Below, piece by piece: positions 48,011 to 54,926 of a DNA stretch of 54,926 nucleotides (position 1 is the stretch's first letter; each line of letters starts with the position of its first letter). Position numbers and translations under genes: made by a program. Source of the stretch: Pseudovirgaria hyperparasitica. Taxonomy: Eukaryota. The notes under the pieces were generated by a model, which saw only the letters and a program-made list of their open reading frames with translations, did not search any database and was not told where the DNA came from. The stretch lies in NCBI GenBank assembly GCA_010093815.1, contig ML996592.1. One strand, written 5' to 3'.

Positions 48011-51000
48011 TTCGTTCTCCCGAGCGATATCGATCGGTCTGAAACTTGCACAAACGAAGCGGCTCCCACGAATCTACGTATTCTTATGGTTGAGATCATA
48101 CAAGTCTTATGGTACGGTTCGTCAGGTTTATAGGGTTATTTAAAGCAGGAAGAAATCGTCGAGGAAAGGGTGATGAGCAACAGGAGTCCTAGACAGCTGG
48201 GTGTAAACCGACAGACGCATTTCGCCATGAAGGCTCATCAGGGACTAAGATTTGTTGTTCTTTTGTAGATGAAAGCGTCGGTCAGTTGTACCACAGACCT
48301 CCGATTGGAATGTGCAGCCATTCCAAATCATACTACAGTCACCTAGTCACGTTCTCCCCGAGAATCGCTGTATATGCACGCATGGTTTTAAAGGAGTCCT
48401 GCTAGTGGTCTTGGTCTTGAGTTTAGGGGATCTTTTGTGCCATGTATCTTGCACTCCTCAGTCGTTGGATACTCAGAACAATTGACGCACTATTGGCCTA
48501 CTACACATGCACGCACAGATGTGCCCGGCGCTACAGATCGGACCGTTCTGGTTACCAGGGAACATCATGACACCGCCACACTATCCCTAAGACAAGCGAC
48601 TGAAGACGGGGGGCTGTAATTCAGGCTAGAGCCTGGTTCTGTGTGGTCGGGAATACTGGTACCGAAGACGCCAGTGGCAGGGGAAGGGTGTAACGTGGCC
48701 CTTCCGGAGACTGATGGCGAGCCTTCAGCAAGGGCGGAATGTGCGGCCTGTCCGCTCGCATATACGGCAGCCTACCTATCAGCCGTCACGATATGGTATC
48801 CACTCCTTCCTCTGGTGAGACTCGATTTTAGTGGTGCCGGTGAAGCATAGCCAAGCCAACTGACAAGGTGTAACGAGTGGGTCTCTTCTCGGACGCTCGC
48901 GTTGGAATATGCGGCGCTCGAAACCCCCTTGCTCTCAGGCATGCCTGGTCGACCCTTGCCATTTGAAAACGGACTAAGGTCCAGAGTGTCGTTTCTGCGT
49001 CCCCCAAACGGGGAAAGCAGTCTCTGCGGGTAGGCTGGGGGTGTAGTTCTCTGCTAGAGCATTCCACGGCGGTCGTGAAACGCTTTCCAGCTGGTGAACG
49101 GAGTCGACCCCCTCGAGGTTGGCACCAGGCTTGGCCGCAAAGCCCCCCAGCATCGTAAAACTACTCATTCTCCCTTCGTTGCGAAGCTCCTCACAGCACG
49201 TGAAATTGTCCTACATTATTACCGTCATGTCTCCATCTAATCATGAGAAGCAACCAAAACCACAAATCGACAGTACGGTCTCAGGGGCGTCAGGCCGTCT
49301 GATGGCAAAGGGGACTTGGACCTACAAGCAAACTGATGTCCGTCAGCAAGCAGGTACATGGTGATGTCTGTCCACACATCTACGGTGATGACGTTGTATT
49401 GTTTCTCATGCTCAAATACCATCGAATTTAACCATGGCCCGCATCTCCAAACGAATGCGAGTGTTCAGCTATGCCCGTCAAATTTTCAATTATGGTCATG
49501 GTACGTACGCCTTTGGAGAAAGAACCGTAAAGTGCTGCCCTCACTATTCATGATTAAAAGTACCAAACAGATAAGCAATATTCTTGACGCTTCACAGGTT
49601 CGCGACCGTCCTGACATCTACCAGATATTCCATCATAAAGAGGCTTCATACATTGTTCTGGAGGACATGGCAAGCCACAACGGCCTTGCAAATCCCTCAG
49701 CTAAGTACATCTAACTGTTTCTTTCCCAATGCAATCATTCACCAGAACGTGTCTGCCGTAATGGGACTCGCCGCTTGCCTTCTCTCTCGGACACATATAC
49801 TCACTCAGTAACCACAAGCATTGAGGGGAGCCAGTACCATCAGTGATTCATCCTCATAACACACCAGAATCTAAATTTATAGAATAGATTCTCTAGCGAG
49901 TTCATTTCCGAAAGCCTGCTAAATACATGCAGTAAATCGATTGCGCGTTCCGTCTGACCTACACGTTATGATGGGGTTGAAAGATAGTTGCAGCACATCA
50001 AGCACAATTACAAGAGGGCACAATGATAGATACTGTGGGTCTTCCTCCACCACCCCTGACAGGGTGACGCAGTATACGGGCGGCTGGTGTGCGACAAAGC
50101 GGCACTGGCACTACTGATCGTCGTATGCGGGATCAAAAGTAAGTCCTCCCGCTTGAGATTGCTTCGATGTATGGGTGCATGGATTGCTGCCAAGAGCAGC
50201 TTTATCCTGCCAAATCACACCATGCAGGATATCCCTGCACAACGAATTGGAATCAACAGGAGGATCGCTTCGAAATTGAGAATCTCGAGGAGGTTCACAT
50301 TCTGGAGCAGAAGGTTTAGACCTAATATTGTGACCATAATGATCAATACAGCACTTCGCCAACCTCTCATGATGATGGCGGTTGGGGATAAAGTTTGGTT
50401 GTCGTGGGACTAGAAGACTGGAGATACACAGCAGTGGGTAAGGACGGGGGGAGGGGGGACTACGATTGTGGACTCGGATTCTCCAGTCCCTCATGCACTC
50501 AAGTTCAAGTTCGATGGCGAAAGAAGGACATGTGCACGACGATAGTAGGCAAGTCTCTGCACCGTGAAGGATCAACCTGTCTTGGGGGCAACACGTCCCT
50601 GCTGTAGGCCCCTCATCTCCTTCCCAAAGGTTTGAAGTACCTGTGACTAATTAATAATGTATTATGAACAAGGGAAGGAGTGTCGTCTAGATGACACGAT
50701 GCTAGAAATCATCCATGCAATGTAATCAGTGACAAGAGCATTGGTCTCACCTATGAATCGATTGGGCAGCTTAGGCGAAATCCTACCGGCACAAGCCATG
50801 GGTATAGGTAGCTCTTATGCAGAATAGCAGAGCCTTTAGCAATATGACCCATCGTTACAGTTGGCCCCCTCCATCCTGTCATTTTGGAACTATAGTTTGC
50901 TATGCATAAGTGGCTTAAGGATAAACGTACTAAAAGGGTCTCTTTGCATAATATTACAGGCTCTAGTGACCTTAAAATTGCCCTAGTTGAATGAACGAAA

Positions 51001-51221
51001 TGAGACGCAAATATTCTAGACATCTAGGAATTTAAGTAAAGCTCTAGCTCTTCCAAATGAAATATGCGTTAAGATGGAGTTCCATCACCATTTCCAATTT
51101 TCCTTTGATCGTCCACCTTCCACGACGTCTTTCCAACTTGTTTTCAACTCGATAGCAACGCCCTCGAAATTATAAGACAGGTGTATGAGAGGTCCAGCTC
51201 AACATGCCAACCACACAATAC

Positions 51222-52516
51222 TCAATAGAAGGCCCTAACATAATCTCCTCCGACCTCTCTCTCATCCACATTCGCCAACTCATAGATCTTCTCAACACGA
51301 ACCACATCCAAGCCCTTGCCTAAAGGGCTCAGTGCATCGCTCCTAAGAACACATGAAAACACCATATCCCACCCCTGAACGCCTGACGCATAGAATGCTT
51401 CGGCGGCCGCACTCTCTCTGCTCCCGAATCTCAGTACCTTGAAGACCTTCTCTGTCGGACTCGGCCCTCGTGCGCTAAAGCCCGGGGCCATGCAGGTGAC
51501 ACATGTGTACACGTCGTCGTCCAGTGGTGCAGCAAACACGCGACTAGCCCATACTCTTGGAATGCTGGCGTTCAGGAGAGACTGCTTTCCCCGTTTGGGC
51601 GACGCAGAAGTCTAGGGGGAGATTGGCCGAATGGTAATTACTGTCCGCAGCCGACAGTCTTGATGGTAGTCCCAAGTTGAAACTGTTCAGATCGATACTT
51701 CGAACGACGAGTGCAGCGATTGCAAGCCTTGACGGCAGGGATACCAGCACATCAATGCGAAAGTCTTTAGACTCTACAACAGTTTTGGATAGTACATTGC
51801 TGAGATATAGATAGTCAAGTAAGAGTTCCAGCTTCATGAAATGACTCTTATGGTATAATGCCAGTAGCAGCCCCCTGAGCCCACCTCGCCTCACCATCAC
51901 CCTTGCGTAAGGACTTTGAAACTTCAATCACGAGTCAACAACTACCACTTATCCGTATCCCACCACCAGGGTTCGGAAAGCACATCCCGCTGTGCTGGGG
52001 TCCTCTCTGGCAGGTCTGGTTCACAGTCCCAAAACTTAAGGACACTATTTTCACTCATCGACCAAACCCTCTCTGATATGTTGCCAACACTGGCGTTATC
52101 GACCGGTAGCCCGATATCCACATGGGCCGCGTCACGATTATCAAGTCGCTGCTGATCTGGAGGCAATCCTGTGTGATTGGCCTAGTCAGGATGCTCGGTG
52201 AGAGACACCTCTTCCTGACCGCCGATCAAGTGCGTTTGTCCGTAACGTAATGCAGAAGAGTCCGCAGCATCGGAGGTAATTTCGACCACAGCACGTCGTG
52301 GCTATAGTCACTGCATATTGAGACCTCGTGAGGCGTGGCGCGTCGATGATCCATGGGACAGTATGCTTCGTATTTAATGTTTTCGTACTCTTGGCGTCCA
52401 TTAAGAGCTGCAGTGCGGGGCGGGCTCGGGGGTTGGTCAGTCTTGTTGACATCGTAAGGCCTCCGGATCCGTTCTCGCACCAGACGTAGGTAGAGTTTCT
52501 TAGTGCGCCCTATCAT
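51222..52516 (-). pseudogene. Chain of same-strand ORF fragments; probable decayed gene of unknown family
   Basis: Four minus-strand ORFs (52516-52226, 52166-51942, 51927-51544, 51539-51222) with protein-like composition, separated by stops or short frame changes; no domain recognised. Confidence 0.4.
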
Positions 52517-52736
52517 GCTAATAAGAGAAGAGAAAAAGAGGTTACCTAGGATAAGTCAGAACAAGGAGACTGCCAGTTTGAGCAATACTCGGTAAAGTAA
52601 CGAGTATGATAGCAGATTTCTATACCTGTGTGGCTATCTGAGTATAGTTTGTTCAGTGATGGATTCGTTCTATGTTTACTGTGGTATCACGCCGAACAGT
52701 TGCTAGCGCCAATTTGACTTCCTACCCAGGGGGGGC

Positions 52737-53274
52737 TGTGACGGAACAACTTGACTTGCATACTTAGTGCATCAATCTACAGGCAAGTAGCCCAACATAC
52801 GGCTAAACCGTGGCCCTGACCGCAAAAAAAACGTAGAGGCTGCGTGTTTAAGTCCAAAGCATCATCGTCTTGTATTACAAGGATGCTACCTTGTTGTACA
52901 TAAGATGGTCTACTAAAGAGGCAATCCTATGCGGTTTAATAAAACCAAATATAAGCATCAATTAAGACTAAGCTGCATTCTTTACGCATATTAATTTAAG
53001 TCGCCAATGAACGGTAAAGAAAGAGTGTTACGGCAGTCTACGGAGCCAGCGAGGTACCAAAAATAACGTAGCACCTAAGTAATTCTATAAATAAATCAAC
53101 GCAGCCAAATCAAAAACAGTACAAAAAGGCCAAAACAGTGATTAGTAATGACCGACCTCTTATAAGCGATGTTTTCGGAGGGAAGATCTAGGTTAACTAC
53201 GGCATGCCATATCCACTTCCTAATGTGCTTCCACCAGTCGCAGTGGACTTTATAGTTAGGGTCGGTGCGTCACA
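52737..53274. mobile_element. Possible LTR or DNA-transposon terminus remnant
   Basis: 7-bp inverted termini TGTGACG...CGTCACA, 538 bp apart, directly preceded by AGGGGGGGC (PPT-like); no TSD. Confidence 0.3.
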
Positions 53275-54155
53275 CTAGGCTCTCGCTTTACTATATGCGG
53301 GGTCTCTAGATAATACATTAAGACTAAATAATTACCATGCCAGCTTAACAATGCAAAACCGGCAGATTCTAAGCGCAGAAGAAGTATTATGACTCTGTAT
53401 TTTCCATAACTAAATCTAGAATAACAGTACCGCTAATGTTTGTAGGATTCAAATTAGTAAATCCACTGTTAATAGGACCATCATATTCACATGGGTGGCT
53501 ACCATGACTTTATGTCAGTGTGTGGCTAAATCCGAGGAAGTTAAACCGTATAATCGAGCCGACGGGTACATTAAGAGCTTCTAGAGAGAACTTAAACTAC
53601 CCACCAGCCCCTATAGCCATAGAGAGAATATTAGGATCGCTGTGAGTACCATTCCACAGGACAAGGCGTCTTACTAACGGGATAGGAGTTTGCATTCCAA
53701 ACATCTTTAGGCATGGCAAAATTTGTACGCTTATCCGAGTTTTTAAGTAAGATATAAGGGCATCCAATGGTTTTAGAATCTCTAATCTCGGATCCAGATC
53801 CACACCCTCCTAACATCTTAAAACACCCTCGATCCGGGAACTATATAGTAAACTTAATATCCGGAAATCGGGATTCCTCAAGAATATATAATGATAAAAG
53901 GCGAGCATCCTCTCACGGTCATCGAGGATCTATTGCTTAAACTATCACATATATGTTCTACTGCTCTCTGAGCATTATCAACAATGGCTACTACCGTCTA
54001 AGCTGCTCCAACCTCCCTTCCAGTGCAAAAGTCCAAGTCGGCTTTTTGTCAGGCACGTGCCTGCCAGTTGATTATACATGTGTGCAGCAGTCGTATATAA
54101 GCAGTGTGCTCCACCCTTGAAGCAGTAGCTTCAAGATTCGGTCCTTTTGGTGTAG

Positions 54156-54503
54156 TTGGTTGGTGCGTGGAGCCCGCCTCCTTACACTTTTACTTACCCA
54201 ACTTCATCCACCAACGCTTCACTTGATAAAAACCCTGCGGAGGAGTCGAGCGAAGATGAGCATGACGAAGAACTGGCCAAATCGGAGGATTTTAATCCTG
54301 ACTCTCTCAAGAAAGAGGAGCGCGAGGAATGGGAAAACGAAATCAAAGAAATGGAGAAAGCCAAGCAGAAAGGTGAAAAACCAAAGAAGGTGAAAGCTGA
54401 AAGAGCGGTTGATTGGACCGACGAGTTGCTAGGCCCAAGACCAACAAAGAAACGAACAGATACAAGCAGGTATTACTGCTGCGAAAAAGAGTTGGACAAG
54501 TAA
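54156..54503 (+). pseudogene. Charged (E/K-rich) coding fragment of unknown gene; probable terminal exon or pseudogene
   Basis: Protein-like EESSEDEHDEE...EEREEWENEIKEMEKAKQK...VDWTDELLG, preceded by TGTAG (acceptor-like); the upstream ATG at ~53984 hits TAA after five codons. Confidence 0.35.
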
Positions 54504-54544
54504 AGCGCCTCCAAACAGAAATATTCGTAAGCTACATCATGACG

Positions 54545-54926
54545 GTTAGTTAGTTAGTTAGTTAGTTAGTTAATTCCTACACGGTTTCAGCCGCGATTAC
54601 TCCGCAGCTATGCCCGGCAGAGAGGACCTGTCAAACAGCCGACGCGTTCCGGATCATTTGATTGATCCGTCCCGCCCCACGTCGCCCTATCGCGAACGAC
54701 AAGACCAGCTGTCCCAGCATCCTCCCGTTGCTTCTCCAACTACTATTTACATTGGCCTGTCACGCCTGTGTAACATAGCAGTTCTACTAATTGTACTGCT
54801 GATCTAGGCTCCTTAAGGCTCTCGCCTTGTGTTCCCAACCCGTATACCTAGAGTCTCCCCCCAGTGCTCGACTTCGCCTACGCGTCCCTGACCCGGAATT
54901 GCCCAAGGGTCTCCGTCCGTTCTATA
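54545..54926 (-). mobile_element. 3' end of a second Tad1-like LINE family (B) with a (TAAC)7 tail; continues off the right edge
   Basis: Minus strand: ...RTETLGQFRVRDA* (typical LINE ORF2 end; stop at 54878-54880), ~300-nt 3' UTR with stem-loop AGCTGCG-GAGTAAT-CGCGGCT, then (TAAC)7 at 54545-54572. Confidence 0.7.

Larger units (their letters stand above)
37768..54926 (+). mobile_element. Candidate Starship giant transposon, left arm; right boundary not seen
   Basis: An intact DUF3435 captain is the first gene, ~460 bp after a sharp RIPed-to-unRIPed boundary at the (TAA)n tract; followed by orphan and decayed genes and a MYB/SANT fragment. Extent is inferred. Confidence 0.6.

Noticed and set aside
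54545..54572. Telomeric repeat or Starship right end
   Set aside because: The unit is GTTA, not TTAGGG, and it is explained as the tail of a minus-strand LINE

Overview
Filamentous ascomycete genomic DNA with two compartments. (1) 1-~34,200 is an AT-rich, TpA-saturated block, the signature of RIP (repeat-induced point mutation). It holds nested dead retroelements: five copies of one Tad1-like LINE family (two with 14-bp TSDs), two Ty3/Gypsy relics and a solo LTR with TSD, plus an 885-N gap. The same 31-bp palindrome (TTATTAGTTAAGGG-YAG-CCCTTAACTAATAA) occurs 10 times: at the LINE ORF1 start, at the LINE ORF2 end, and once inside an unrelated Gypsy pol. (2) ~34,250-54,926 is GC-balanced. It has a two-gene island (tRNA m3C32 methyltransferase TRM140 and a gamma-glutamyltranspeptidase), then a (TAA)31 tract, then an intact 5-exon, 675-aa DUF3435 tyrosine recombinase (Starship 'captain'). 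Downstream are a PARP-zinc-finger-like ORF, a MYB/SANT fragment joined tail-to-tail to a five-intron Dicer-like 2 pseudogene, further decayed ORFs and the 3' end of a second LINE family. The best overall reading is the left arm of a Starship giant transposon possibly carrying a decayed Dicer as cargo; its right boundary is not visible. All family calls come from motif recognition by eye; no searches were run.
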